Source: an uncultured Chloroflexia bacterium
GTDB taxonomy: Bacteria > Chloroflexota > Limnocylindria > Limnocylindrales > CSP1-4
DNA length: 64,000 nt
NCBI GenBank assembly: GCA_963760735.1
Contig: CAVXEB010000007.1
Coordinates: 543,930-607,929 of the forward strand
Direction of reading: 5' to 3'
This document shows, one piece after another, positions 21,642 to 31,637 of the stretch. The position numbers and the translations under genes were made by a program. The number at the start of each line of letters is the position of its first letter. The stretch's first letter is position 1. The notes below the pieces were generated by a model that was not told the DNA's origin, made no database searches, and worked only from the letters and a program-made list of their open reading frames with translations.

Positions 21642-22201
21642 GCGAGCTGCCCTCCCACGACGACGTCGGTGCCGGGTTCGTCTCGGGCGGACACGGACCG
21701 GCGCATCGCGGCGAGCGCGTAGTGCAGCCGGGACTTGGCCGTCCCGAGCGGGATGCCGAGGGATGCCGCCACCTCGGGCAGCGGCAATCCCAGCAGGTAG
21801 TGCAGGGCGACGACCGCTCGATGCTCCGGATCGAGGCGCGCCAGCGCCTCGTCCAGGACCTGGCGATCGTCGACGCCGCCGGTCGCGTCCATCGCGACCG
21901 GGACGTCGAGTGGGGTGAGCTCGACCTCGATCACCCGCCGGCGTCGGCGGCGAACGAGGTCGAGACAGGCATGCATCAGGAGTCGGTGGAGCCAGGCATC
22001 GAGACGGTCCGGGTCGCGGAGGACCGGGATGTCCCGCCAGGCTCGGATGGATGCCTCCTGGACCGCGTCGTGCGCGAGCTCCGGGTCCCGGAGGATCAGT
22101 CGGGCCGCCGCGTCCAGCCGCGCAAGGCGCGCGTCGAGCAGGGTCGTGAAGGCGTCATGATCGCCTCGCCTCGCCCGCTCCACGAGTCCTCGCTGGTCCA
22201 C
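21638..22201 (-). CDS. ECF RNA polymerase sigma factor
   Basis: ARRGDHDAF, AHDAVQE, WLHRL, EVAASLGIPLGTAKSRLHYA. Confidence 0.92.
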   Translation of the reverse strand: MDQRGLVERARRGDHDAFTTLLDARLARLDAAARLILRDPELAHDAVQEASIRAWRDIPVLRDPDRLDAWLHRLLMHACLDLVRRRRRRVIEVELTPLDVPVAMDATGGVDDRQVLDEALARLDPEHRAVVALHYLLGLPLPEVAASLGIPLGTAKSRLHYALAAMRRSVSARDEPGTDVVVGGQLA

Positions 22202-22292
22202 GGTCGCCTCGTCTGCGGCACGGCCAGGACGGTCGTGCTTGCCACAGTAGGCGTCGGGCCAACACGAATCGTTCAGCTGTTTCGGGCGCGCG

Positions 22293-22955
22293 CTACCAAA
22301 TGCGAGCGGCGAGCTGGGCGTGGCCGGCCGCTGCCGCGAGGTCGGCCGCCGTCCGGCCGTCGTCCGTCCGGGCGGTTCGGTCCGCGCCTGCGGCCAGCAG
22401 CCGGTCGACCGTCGTCTCCGCTCCGTTCTGGGCGGCGCCATGGAGTGGCGTGTAGCCGCCGCGCTGGGTCGCGTTCACGTCCGCGCCGGCCGCGATGAGG
22501 ACCGCGACGACATCGTCGTGGTTGCCGGCGCACGCCGAGTGGATCGGCAGGACGTCGAAGTCGTTCGCCGAGCGCGCGTCCACGTCCGCGCCGGCGTCCA
22601 GCAGCGCCCGGGCGACGGTGGCTGCGTCCCGCCCGCCGAAGAACGCCGTGTAGTGGAGCGCGGTGAACCCGTCCGGGCTGGACGCGCGGGCCAACGACGG
22701 ATCGGCAGCCAGGAGCTCCCGAACGCGGTCGGCGCGTGCCAGCGCCGCCACCTCGAACACATCGAGGGCCGGCAGCGCCGAGGCGAGCTGCTCGGCGATC
22801 GCCGGCCGGCCCCGATACAGGGCATGCATCGTGGCGCTGACGCCATGGCCGTCCCGGGCTGCGGCGAGATCCGGGTCGGCCCCGAGCATGGCGTCGACGG
22901 CGGCCTCGTCACCCGCATCGATCGCCTGGAGCAGATCGGCGGCGGTCGCGGTCAT
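22293..22955 (-). CDS. Ankyrin repeat protein
   Basis: [34 protein letters not shown]. Confidence 0.9.
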   Translation of the reverse strand: MTATAADLLQAIDAGDEAAVDAMLGADPDLAAARDGHGVSATMHALYRGRPAIAEQLASALPALDVFEVAALARADRVRELLAADPSLARASSPDGFTALHYTAFFGGRDAATVARALLDAGADVDARSANDFDVLPIHSACAGNHDDVVAVLIAAGADVNATQRGGYTPLHGAAQNGAETTVDRLLAAGADRTARTDDGRTAADLAAAAGHAQLAARIW

Positions 22956-23111
22956 CGGTCCGATCCTGCTGGGGTCATCGGTCGATGGTAGTTGCCTCCT
23001 CGGCGACACCTGACCGCGAGTACCATCGACGGACCGCGCGGGATCGCGGTTCATCCGGCGCTCGGCCCATCCCGCCGGCGGCGCCCCGCAGCCCGAGGGA
23101 GGCCTTCGACC

Positions 23112-23879
23112 GTGCGTCTCCAGGACAAGGTCACGATCATCACCGGGGCCGGCGGCGGCATGGGCCGGACGGCCGCCCGGATGTTCGCCGCCGAAGGCGC
23201 CCGGGTCGTCTGCGTCGACGTGACCGAGGAGATGGCCGAATCGGCGGCCGCCGAGGTCCGGGCGGCGGGCGGCGAGGCGACCGCGGTCGCCGCGGACGTG
23301 TCGCAGGAGGACCAGGCCAAGCGGATGGTCGATCACACGGTCGCGACGTACGGCCGGGTCGACGCCCTGTACAACAACGCCGGGATCATGCCCGCCGCGG
23401 ACCACTCGGTTGTCGACACGGACGTCGCGACGTGGGACAAGGTCATGGCCGTCAACGTCCGCGGCGTGTACCTCGGCTGCAAGTTCGCCATCCCGAAGAT
23501 GGTCGAGCAAGGCTCCGGCTCCGTGATCAACGTCGCGTCGTTCGTGGCGATCCTCGGCTGCTCCGTGCCCCAGGACGCCTACACGGCGTCGAAGGGCGCC
23601 GTCCTCGCGCTGACGAAGAGCCTCGCGGTCCAGTTCGCGCCGCAGGGCGTCCGGACGAACTCGATCTCGCCCGGGCCGATCGAGACGCCGCTCCTCTTGG
23701 ACTGGCTCGTGAAGGACGAGGAGGCGAAGCGGATCCGCCTGGCCCGGAACCCGACCGGCCGCTTCGGCAAGCCCGAGGAGATCGTTCATGTCGCGCTGTA
23801 CCTCGCGTCGGACGAGAGCCGCTGGACGAACGGGGCGAACCTCGTGATCGACGGCGGCATCACCGTCAACTACTTCTGA
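23112..23879 (+). CDS. SDR oxidoreductase (type found in GlnA4 clusters)
   Basis: [22 protein letters not shown]; GGAGG SD. Confidence 0.9.
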   Translation: MRLQDKVTIITGAGGGMGRTAARMFAAEGARVVCVDVTEEMAESAAAEVRAAGGEATAVAADVSQEDQAKRMVDHTVATYGRVDALYNNAGIMPAADHSVVDTDVATWDKVMAVNVRGVYLGCKFAIPKMVEQGSGSVINVASFVAILGCSVPQDAYTASKGAVLALTKSLAVQFAPQGVRTNSISPGPIETPLLLDWLVKDEEAKRIRLARNPTGRFGKPEEIVHVALYLASDESRWTNGANLVIDGGITVNYF

Positions 23880-23889
23880 GGCCGGCCGG

Positions 23890-24702
23890 ATGGACGCGCC
23901 ATCGACCAACCGGATCGCCGTGGGGGTTGACGTCGGCGGAAGTGGGATCAAGGCCGCCGTCGTGGACCTCGATCGAGGTCTGCTGGCGGGACCCCGCCTG
24001 CGGGTCGCGACCCCCCAGCCGTCGACGCCGGACGTCGTCGTCCCGGTCATCATCCGGACCGTTCGTCGGGCCCTCGTCGAGATGGGCGTCATCGCCGGCC
24101 GCAATGCGGTGGTTCGCTTCCCCGTTGGCGTCGGGATGCCCTCGGTGGTCATCGACGGCGTCACGAAGACCGCTGCGAACATCGACCCCGGTTGGGTCGA
24201 TTTCGACCTCGGCTCGCGGCTCCGCGACGTGTTCGCGGGGACCGTTGTCGTCCTCAACGACGCGGATGCCGCCGGTCTCGCCGAGATGCGATTCGGGGCC
24301 GGCGCCGGCGAGCGCGGCGTCGTGTTCGTCCTGACCCTCGGGACCGGCCTCGGGTCCGGCCTGTTCAACGACGGCGTGCTCGTCCCGAACACGGAGCTCG
24401 GCCACATGGAGATCCGCGGCCGGGACGCCGAAAAGCGGTCGGCCGCCGTCGCCCGGACCAGGCGGGGCCTGTCGTGGAAGGCCTGGGCGACCGACCTCGA
24501 CGAGCATCTCCACGCGATCGATCGGCTGTTCTGGCCGAACCTGATCATCCTCGGTGGTGGCGTGAGCAAGAACGCCGACAAGTTCATCCCACGCCTGACG
24601 GTCCGGCCGCACGTCGTGCCGGCGACGCTTCGCAACGACGCCGGGATCGTCGGTGCCGCGCTGGCCGCGGGGGAGCACTACGTCGAGGGTGGGGTGACCT
24701 GA
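23890..24702 (+). CDS. ppgK: Polyphosphate glucokinase (ROK family)
   Basis: [43 protein letters not shown]. Confidence 0.85.
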   Translation: MDAPSTNRIAVGVDVGGSGIKAAVVDLDRGLLAGPRLRVATPQPSTPDVVVPVIIRTVRRALVEMGVIAGRNAVVRFPVGVGMPSVVIDGVTKTAANIDPGWVDFDLGSRLRDVFAGTVVVLNDADAAGLAEMRFGAGAGERGVVFVLTLGTGLGSGLFNDGVLVPNTELGHMEIRGRDAEKRSAAVARTRRGLSWKAWATDLDEHLHAIDRLFWPNLIILGGGVSKNADKFIPRLTVRPHVVPATLRNDAGIVGAALAAGEHYVEGGVT

Positions 24703-24712
24703 GCCCCGGGCG

Positions 24713-25366
24713 TCAACTCGGACGAGGTTCGGGTGGCTCGCCGCAGACCCAACGGAGATAGCCGGAGCGGGGCTGCTGCGTGACCTGGGGCGGATGCTCC
24801 GGATCGACGACTTCGCTCACCACGAACGCCGCGACGCCCGAGCGATGGTCCGGGTCGGCCTGGACGAGCCGCCGGTCGCCCGCGTTGCCGAACGTCGAGA
24901 CATCGCCATTGGCGCTGGTGGCCTCGATCTCGAGCCGTGGCGGATCGATGAAGATGTTGCCGGCGACCTGCGGTCCGCCTCCGACCGACGTCGGGAGGCC
25001 GTCGACCTCGGTAACGGCCGATCGATCGGGCGACCAGACACACCAGGCCGTCCCCTCGACCGCCACGGCGGCTGGCGCGGTCAGGCACAGCCGGAACCGG
25101 CCCGGCCCGGAGTCCGCCGTGTCGACCAGGTCGCCGCCGCCCTTCGGTGGCGCATCGGCCGGGCCGGGCGCCTGCCCGATCGTGCACGTCGAGGGATCGA
25201 TCGCCGCATCGGTCGATGCCGCCGGGGTCACCTCCTGGCTCGGCCCGGACGGCCCGGTTGAGGCGGCCGGCGGCTGCGAGCCATCCAGGCCGGAGCATCC
25301 GATCACCACGAGGGCGAGCCCTGCGATCGAGGCGAGGACGGCAGGCGCGCGATTGGGCCGCTTCAC
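24713..25366 (-). CDS. Hypothetical lipoprotein
   Basis: Signal peptide ending VVIGC, P/S/A linker, Cys-containing domain. Confidence 0.6.
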   Translation of the reverse strand: MKRPNRAPAVLASIAGLALVVIGCSGLDGSQPPAASTGPSGPSQEVTPAASTDAAIDPSTCTIGQAPGPADAPPKGGGDLVDTADSGPGRFRLCLTAPAAVAVEGTAWCVWSPDRSAVTEVDGLPTSVGGGPQVAGNIFIDPPRLEIEATSANGDVSTFGNAGDRRLVQADPDHRSGVAAFVVSEVVDPEHPPQVTQQPRSGYLRWVCGEPPEPRPS

Positions 25367-25475
25367 GCATCCGAGACGCCTCCGATCGCGGGTCCGTGAC
25401 GGCGAGCGGCGTACCATCTGGCGCACGAGCAGCGGCCGTCCGCCGCACCCACCACACTCCGAGGAACCCCGACCG

Positions 25476-26969
25476 ATGACGACCGAACAACAGACCCCGG
25501 GCGGGACCGCGACCGACGGGCCGACGACCGCCCGGATGGTCATCGGCGGCGAGTCCGTCGATGCGGCCGACGGCCAGACGTTCGACGTCGTCAATCCGGC
25601 CAACGGCGCCACCGTCGCGACGGCGCCGATGGGCGGTCGCGAGGACGTCGACCGGGCCGTGGCCGCCGCCCGGAGGGCATTCGAGGATCGGAAGGGCTGG
25701 CCGAGCTGGGCCGCCGGCAAGCGCGGCCGGTCCCTGTCCAGGCTCGCGGACCTGATCAAGAAGAACAGCGAGGAGCTCGCCTGGCTGGAGAGCCGGAACG
25801 TCGGCAAGCCGATCGGCGGCGCGCGTGGCGAGGTGATCGGGGCGAGCCTCGTCTTCGACTACTACGCGGGAGCCGCGAACAAGGTCTTCGGCCAGACGAT
25901 CCCGGTGTCGAAGCCCGGCCTGGACCTGACCCTCCGCGAGCCGATCGGCGTCGTCGGGCTGATCGTGCCGTGGAACTTCCCGCTGCTCATGGCCTCGTGG
26001 AAGGTGGCACCCGCGCTGGCGGCCGGCAACACCGCGATCCTGAAGCCCGCCTCGTACTCGCCGCTGACGGCGATCCGGCTCGGCGAGCTCGCCCTGGAGG
26101 CCGGCATCCCGGCCGGAGTCCTCAATGTCGTCACCGGGCCGGGCGGCACCGCCGGCGCATCGATCGCGGCGCACCCGGGGATCGGCAAGGTCGCCTTCAC
26201 CGGCGAGACGACGACCGGCCAGGAGATCATGCGGCTGGCCTCGGGCAACGTGAAGAAGATCAGCCTCGAGCTCGGCGGCAAGAGCCCGAACATCGTGTTC
26301 GCCGACGCCGACCTCGAGAAGTTCGCCCGCGAGTCGCCGTATTCGGTCTTCGACAACTGCGGCCAGGACTGCTGTGCCCGGAGCCGGATCCTCGTCGAGC
26401 GGTCGGTCCACGATCAGGTGGTGGAGCAGTTCGCGGCGGCGACGCGGAACGTGAAGGTCGGCGACCCTGCCGACGACGCGACCGAGGTCGGGACCCTCGT
26501 GAGCTTCAGGCAGCGCGACCGGGTCACGGACTACATCGAGATCGGGCTGAGCGAAGGCGCGACGATCGTCGTCGGCGGCGAGGCCCCGGACGATCCGGCG
26601 CTGGCCGGCGGCGCGTACCTGATGCCGACGGTCTTCGACGGCGTCTCGAACGAGATGAGGATCGCGACCGAGGAGATCTTCGGACCGGTGGTCTCGATCA
26701 TCCCGTTCGACACCGAGGAGGAGGCGCTCCGCCTCGCGAACGCGACGCCGTACGGCCTGTCCGGCTCGATCTGGAGCCGCGACATCGGCAAGGCGCTGCG
26801 CGCGGCGAAGGCCCTCCAGTCGGGCGTCATCTCGGTCAACTCGAACAGCTCGGTCCACACCGAGGCGCCGTTCGGCGGGTACAAGATGTCGGGCATCGGC
26901 CGCGAGCTCGGGATGTCCGCGCTGGACCTGTACACGGAGACGAAGAACGTCTTCATCGACCTCACCTGA
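25476..26969 (+). CDS. Aldehyde dehydrogenase
   Basis: VPWNFP, FTGET, LELGGK, GQDCCARSR, EEIFGP. Confidence 0.95.
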   Translation: MTTEQQTPGGTATDGPTTARMVIGGESVDAADGQTFDVVNPANGATVATAPMGGREDVDRAVAAARRAFEDRKGWPSWAAGKRGRSLSRLADLIKKNSEELAWLESRNVGKPIGGARGEVIGASLVFDYYAGAANKVFGQTIPVSKPGLDLTLREPIGVVGLIVPWNFPLLMASWKVAPALAAGNTAILKPASYSPLTAIRLGELALEAGIPAGVLNVVTGPGGTAGASIAAHPGIGKVAFTGETTTGQEIMRLASGNVKKISLELGGKSPNIVFADADLEKFARESPYSVFDNCGQDCCARSRILVERSVHDQVVEQFAAATRNVKVGDPADDATEVGTLVSFRQRDRVTDYIEIGLSEGATIVVGGEAPDDPALAGGAYLMPTVFDGVSNEMRIATEEIFGPVVSIIPFDTEEEALRLANATPYGLSGSIWSRDIGKALRAAKALQSGVISVNSNSSVHTEAPFGGYKMSGIGRELGMSALDLYTETKNVFIDLT

Positions 26970-27015
26970 CGGGTTCGCTGCCCGGGCGCGGGTCTCTCGC
27001 GGGCGCGGCTGGCAG

Positions 27016-27351
27016 GTGTCGCTGGTCGTTCCGCCACTGGCCCTCGCCGCGGTGATCGGGCTCGCCGTCACCGGTCGAGATCGCCCGGCCTCGCCGGTGG
27101 TCGCCGACGCGGCGCCGAGGAACGTGGTGCCCGCTCCGTCGCCGACGCCCGGGGTCGCTCCGAACACCGAGGCCGCCGCCGTCCCGGTCGCGACGCCGCT
27201 GCGAGTCCTCGTCAACGGGGAGTACCGAAACCGGTTCACGGTCGGTGAGCCGATGACGGCCCGGGTGGAGCCGGCCCGCCGCAAGCCCAGCCGGCCGAGC
27301 TTCCGGGTCGGCGGCCCGGCCAACGATCGCGTCGACCCCGACACCCGCTGA
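27016..27351 (+). CDS. Small hypothetical membrane-anchored protein
   Basis: Hydrophobic N-terminus and Pro-rich linker; no recognised motif. Confidence 0.35.
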   Translation: MSLVVPPLALAAVIGLAVTGRDRPASPVVADAAPRNVVPAPSPTPGVAPNTEAAAVPVATPLRVLVNGEYRNRFTVGEPMTARVEPARRKPSRPSFRVGGPANDRVDPDTR

Positions 27352-27555
27352 CGCGGCTCCGTCCGTGGCCCGGCCCGCGGACCGGTCCGTTCTCCTGCGC
27401 AGCACCCTCCAAACGGCGGCCGGCAATGACTCGCCAGCCGAAACCGAGTGGATCGGGCTCGTCCGACGTGGATTGGCGCGGCCGTCGCCCGAACGCAGCC
27501 TGGACGGGGACCCGGGCGTCGCGTCTTGCGTCCGGTACATGACGAGGCCTTCGCG

Positions 27556-28206
27556 TCACAGCACGACGATGCCGCTCCGGCCCGGAGCCGTCCCCCGACG
27601 CAACGGACCAAGCAAGGCGCGCGAGTCGCGACTCAACCCGCTGAACGCGCTGGGCGCGGCTGCGAGGGCCCGTCGATTCCGCCGGGTGTCCGACACCAGC
27701 AGGATCACATGCTCGATCGCTCCGTCGCGCTGCTTGAGCGCAAGCCGTCGTTCGACAGCCTGGAGATCGTCGAGGGCAGTCTCGGCTTCCACGGCGATTC
27801 GCCATCCGTCCCCACGGATCAACGCATCCCATGCCCTCCTGTCGCCCTCGACGGGAAGCGGGACCTCGGTGCGCCAGTGGAGATCCGCAGCGACTTGCGA
27901 CCGTAGGCGGCGGAGGAGCCGCTGCTGGCCGGCGTCGCGGATCGGGTCGCCGGCGACATAGGCCCGCAGCCGCAGCTCCAGTCCGACAGCAGCAGCCATC
28001 CCAGCCAACAAGCGCAGGTCAGGACTCTCCGTCGCCCCCGATATCGTTCGAGCGGCGGTCGAGCCGGCGACGTGGCAGGCGGCCCCGATCGAGTCGAAGC
28101 TGAGTCCGGTCGCGAGCCGCGCGGTTCCGATCTCGAGGCGAACGCGGTGCAGGTCTTCGTCGATCCGACGGGCAGCTCGAGCGACGGGTCCTGATCGTGT
28201 AGCCAT
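27556..28206 (-). CDS. HTH + DUF559/PD-(D/E)XK-like nuclease domain protein
   Basis: XRE-like N-terminus; TEVPL...AWDALI...IAVEAET restriction-endonuclease-like core. Confidence 0.65.
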   Translation of the reverse strand: MATRSGPVARAARRIDEDLHRVRLEIGTARLATGLSFDSIGAACHVAGSTAARTISGATESPDLRLLAGMAAAVGLELRLRAYVAGDPIRDAGQQRLLRRLRSQVAADLHWRTEVPLPVEGDRRAWDALIRGDGWRIAVEAETALDDLQAVERRLALKQRDGAIEHVILLVSDTRRNRRALAAAPSAFSGLSRDSRALLGPLRRGTAPGRSGIVVL

Positions 28207-28512
28207 GTACGCCATCGTGGTCGAGACACGTTGCCCAGCGGTTGGCTGCGACTTCACGCATCGTCGGCACACCGTCGTGTCATTGCGAGGTCAACCCGCT
28301 ACCGCTCGAGCATCCAGCGCCTGATCCGGCGACCGAGAACCAATGAGATCGGTCCATCAGCCCGCCCAGGGCATCATTCGCCGTCCAACCCTGCGTGGGA
28401 CGCGCCAAGCGACGGCCGACGGCATCGCCAATTGTCATATCGGGCGTCCGGCGCATCAGCGGGGACCGAAGAAGTCGAAGAAGCCGCCGGATGCGACGGC
28501 AGGGCGACGCGC

Positions 28513-29184
28513 TTACTCGTCCCAGTGCCGGTCGGCCGGGTGGATGTCCGGGCGGCGGCGATGGAGCCAGTCACGGATCGCCCAGTACGACGTCTTGAAG
28601 GCGATCCCCGGCCAGGGAATGGCCTCCGGTAGGAACGACTGGATCTCGAGGGCCTCCGGGTTCAGGCGCGGGGTCCCGCCGACGACCCGGGCCTCGAACG
28701 CGAGCACCACCACGGCGGCCTCGAGCCGCGAGTAGAGCCCCACGATCTCGCCCGGCTCGACGATCAGGCCGGTCTCCTCGAGCGTCTCGCGGACGGCCGC
28801 CTCGCCGACGGTCTCGTCGACCTCGAGGAACCCGCCGGGCTGGGCCCACCAGCCGCGACCGGGATCGATGCCCCGGCGGAGGAGGACGATCTCGCCGGCG
28901 TCGGTGACCGGGATCGTCGTCACGACCAGGCGAGGGTTGACGTAGGCGATGTGGCCACAGGCGGGGCAGCCGAGCCGGTCGCGGTCCTCGCCCTCGATCG
29001 GGCCGAAGGTCAGCTCCGTCCCACACCGGGAGCAGTAGTTGAGCATCCCCGCCATCCATGACGGGATGCCGCCGCCGGACGGGATGCTCGTCGATCGGGC
29101 ATCCGGACCCCGGCCGAACGCGTCGAGCAGCTCGCCCGCCTCGTCGGGCAGTCCGCCGAACGACGAGCCGTCGGACATGATCAT
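28513..29184 (-). CDS. NUDIX hydrolase with N-terminal zinc ribbon
   Basis: CSRCG...CPACG; PGGFLEVDETVGEAAVRETLEETG Nudix box; start may be internal. Confidence 0.88.
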   Translation of the reverse strand: MIMSDGSSFGGLPDEAGELLDAFGRGPDARSTSIPSGGGIPSWMAGMLNYCSRCGTELTFGPIEGEDRDRLGCPACGHIAYVNPRLVVTTIPVTDAGEIVLLRRGIDPGRGWWAQPGGFLEVDETVGEAAVRETLEETGLIVEPGEIVGLYSRLEAAVVVLAFEARVVGGTPRLNPEALEIQSFLPEAIPWPGIAFKTSYWAIRDWLHRRRPDIHPADRHWDE

Positions 29185-29642
29185 GCGAGCAGAACCGCGA
29201 TTGACGCGGCCACCAGCGCTGCCAGTCCGACGATGCTGACGACGACCCAGGCGAGCCGGAAGAGGCCCTTCGACCGGTCGACCGGCATCCACGCCCAGGC
29301 GGACCGCCAGATCCGGACGACAGCGTCCGCGGTCGTGATGACGAGCAGCGGCGCGGCGATCAGGACGCACAGCTTGACCAGCGGGCTGCCGAGGGGCGTG
29401 CCGAGCTCGAGTGCGGTGATGGCGATCGCGCCGAGGATGAGGACCGGGACCGACAGCAGGACGTAGTGCTTCTGGAGCGGCGTGGGGGCGGTCTCCGGGA
29501 CCGAGCGCGGCGGGAGGCCCTGGAGGCTCGGCGGGAGCGTCGTCACCGGGGAGATGGGCCGAGCAGGCCGCGCCCCGCCGGCCACGCCGACGGCCTGGCG
29601 GTCGAGGACCGGCATCCCCTGCTCCCAGCGCTCGTCGTCCAT
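29181..29642 (-). CDS. Hypothetical membrane protein (about 3 TM)
   Basis: Hydrophobic helices; TACACT -10 upstream; overlaps the NUDIX start. Confidence 0.65.
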   Translation of the reverse strand: MDDERWEQGMPVLDRQAVGVAGGARPARPISPVTTLPPSLQGLPPRSVPETAPTPLQKHYVLLSVPVLILGAIAITALELGTPLGSPLVKLCVLIAAPLLVITTADAVVRIWRSAWAWMPVDRSKGLFRLAWVVVSIVGLAALVAASIAVLLA

Positions 29643-29713
29643 CAGGCGCCGAGTGTACGACCGCCGTGGAAAGAGCCTTCGGCATGGCTTGCGCCCCCTG
29701 CCAGACTGCCGCC

Positions 29714-30463
29714 ATGGACAAGCGCAGCAGATACGCCGACGTCAACGGGATCCGGATGTATCACGAGACCGTCGGAGACGGTCCTCCGCCCCTCGTCCTC
29801 CACGGCGGGACGTGCACGATCGACCTCCCGGGGATGGAGATCCCGTTCTTCGCGAGCGAATTCGAGGTCATCGCCCCCGAACAGGTCGGGCATGGCCGGA
29901 CCGAGGATCGACCGGACCGGGACCTTCACTACCACGACATGGCCGAGGACACCGTCGAGCTCCTCAGCCAGCTGGACGTCGGTCCGGTCTCCGTGTTCGG
30001 GTTCAGCGACGGCGGGATCATCGGGCTCGACCTGGCAATCCACCATCCGGAGCTCGTGACGAAGCTCGTGCTGACAGGGACGAACTTTCGCACCGACGGA
30101 CTCGGTCCAGGCACGGGCGAATGGCTCGCGACGGTCAAACCCGAGGAGTGGCCGGAGTCGTTCCGACTCGAATACGCGCGACTCTCGCCGGACGGGGCCG
30201 ATCATTGGCCGGTCGTGCCCGAGCGACTGAAGCGGATGTGGGCGAGTGAGCCGAACTACACCGACGAGGAGATGGCCGGCATCGGCGCGCCCACGCTGGT
30301 CATCGCCGGAGACCGCGACGCGATCACTCCGGAGCACGCCGTCGCGACGTACCGACTGATCCCCGACTCGCAGCTCTGCATCGTCCCGCACGCGGGGCAC
30401 GGCGCGATGGCCCGCGAGCAGGTCCTCGCGTTCCTCAACGAGCCGGCTGCGGTCGTCGCCTGA
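29714..30463 (+). CDS. Alpha/beta hydrolase
   Basis: VLHGG, GHGRT, GFSDGG, GDRD, AGH. Confidence 0.9.
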   Translation: MDKRSRYADVNGIRMYHETVGDGPPPLVLHGGTCTIDLPGMEIPFFASEFEVIAPEQVGHGRTEDRPDRDLHYHDMAEDTVELLSQLDVGPVSVFGFSDGGIIGLDLAIHHPELVTKLVLTGTNFRTDGLGPGTGEWLATVKPEEWPESFRLEYARLSPDGADHWPVVPERLKRMWASEPNYTDEEMAGIGAPTLVIAGDRDAITPEHAVATYRLIPDSQLCIVPHAGHGAMAREQVLAFLNEPAAVVA

Positions 30464-30477
30464 CCCCGGCCCCGAGG

Positions 30478-30981
30478 CTACAGGCCCTCGTTCGCGGGAT
30501 CCGCCGCGATCGATGCCGCCTGGGCGGCGCGTCGCGCCGCGAGCCGTTCCCGGAGGGCCGGATCCGACACCGCGAGGATCGCGGCGGCCAGGAGACCGGC
30601 GTTCTCGCCGTTGCCGACGCCGACCGTCGCGACCGGCACGCCCTTCGGCATCTGGACGATCGCGAGGAGTGCGTCGAGACCGTCCGACACACCGCCCGGC
30701 ATCGGCACCCCGATCACCGGCAGCGTCGTCTGCGACGCGACGACGCCCGGGAGATGCGCGGCCAGCCCGGCGATCGCGATCACGACGCCGATCCGCCGCT
30801 CCTCGGCCGAGGCGATCCACGAGGCCAGCAGGTCCGGCGCGCGGTGGGCCGAGATCACCCTCGTCTCGGACCCGACGCCGAGCTCGTCGAGGACGGCAGC
30901 AGCCTTCTCTGCCGCGGCGATGTCGCTTCGGCTCCCGACGACGATCCCGACCCGGTTCGACGGTTCCACGTGTTCCTCCAT
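30478..30981 (-). CDS. purE: N5-CAIR mutase
   Basis: GSRSD, SAHRAP, AGLAAHLPG, PVIGVP, QMPKGVPVATV. Confidence 0.95.
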   Translation of the reverse strand: MEEHVEPSNRVGIVVGSRSDIAAAEKAAAVLDELGVGSETRVISAHRAPDLLASWIASAEERRIGVVIAIAGLAAHLPGVVASQTTLPVIGVPMPGGVSDGLDALLAIVQMPKGVPVATVGVGNGENAGLLAAAILAVSDPALRERLAARRAAQAASIAADPANEGL

Positions 30982-30990
30982 GACAGGCGA

Positions 30991-31611
30991 TCAGCGATCC
31001 GGGGCGCCGGCGGGCGCGCCCGCCTCGCCGACCGGGCCGCCCTGGACGTTGACCGGCCGCGGAATCCCGAGCCGGTCGAAGACCTCGAGAATCCAGTCGC
31101 CCTTTTCGGCCTGGTAGCGGACCGCGTCGACCGGGCCGCCGTCGGGTCCGGCGATGTCGGACTTGACCCGCGCGTAGCCGTCGCGGAGCTCAGGGTCCTC
31201 GCGAAGAGCGTCCCGGAATCGGAGGTCCTTGTCGAGGTCGGCGGTGCCGTGCGGCTGGACGTGGAAGTGGATCCGGTGCTCCTCGCCGTCGACGACGATC
31301 GACCCGACGAGCATCGGGCGGGTCGGCGGCCACGGAGCGGGTCCCGGCTGCGGCCCGAAGCCGAGGCCGTACAGATCGGTCCTGATCGCCGGGATGTCGG
31401 CCGGGTCCACCTCGGTGCCGAGGTCGATGATCCCCTTGCCGGGCAGACCCGGGACCGCGGTGCTCCCGATGTGCTCGATCTCGAGCTCGGGTCGGACCGA
31501 GTGGACGATCTCGGTCACGCGCGCCGCCGCGATCTCGTACTGGGGATCCCACGGACGGACGCTCGCGGCGCGGCGCTCGTACGGACCGATGGGCGTCGGG
31601 GTCGTGGGCAC
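30991..31611 (-). CDS. GrpB family protein
   Basis: IEHIGSTAVPGLPGKGIID, FRDALR, YQAEK. Confidence 0.88.
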   Translation of the reverse strand: MPTTPTPIGPYERRAASVRPWDPQYEIAAARVTEIVHSVRPELEIEHIGSTAVPGLPGKGIIDLGTEVDPADIPAIRTDLYGLGFGPQPGPAPWPPTRPMLVGSIVVDGEEHRIHFHVQPHGTADLDKDLRFRDALREDPELRDGYARVKSDIAGPDGGPVDAVRYQAEKGDWILEVFDRLGIPRPVNVQGGPVGEAGAPAGAPDR

Positions 31612-31637
31612 GGGACGAAGTGTAGAGTTCGGCGATC

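Noticed and set aside
24678-27611. 977-aa and other long antisense or alternate-frame ORFs (also 36162-38453, 22293-24635 N-part, 7819-10629 N-part)
   Set aside because: Arg/Pro/Gly-rich shadow ORFs expected in high-GC DNA opposite well-supported genes
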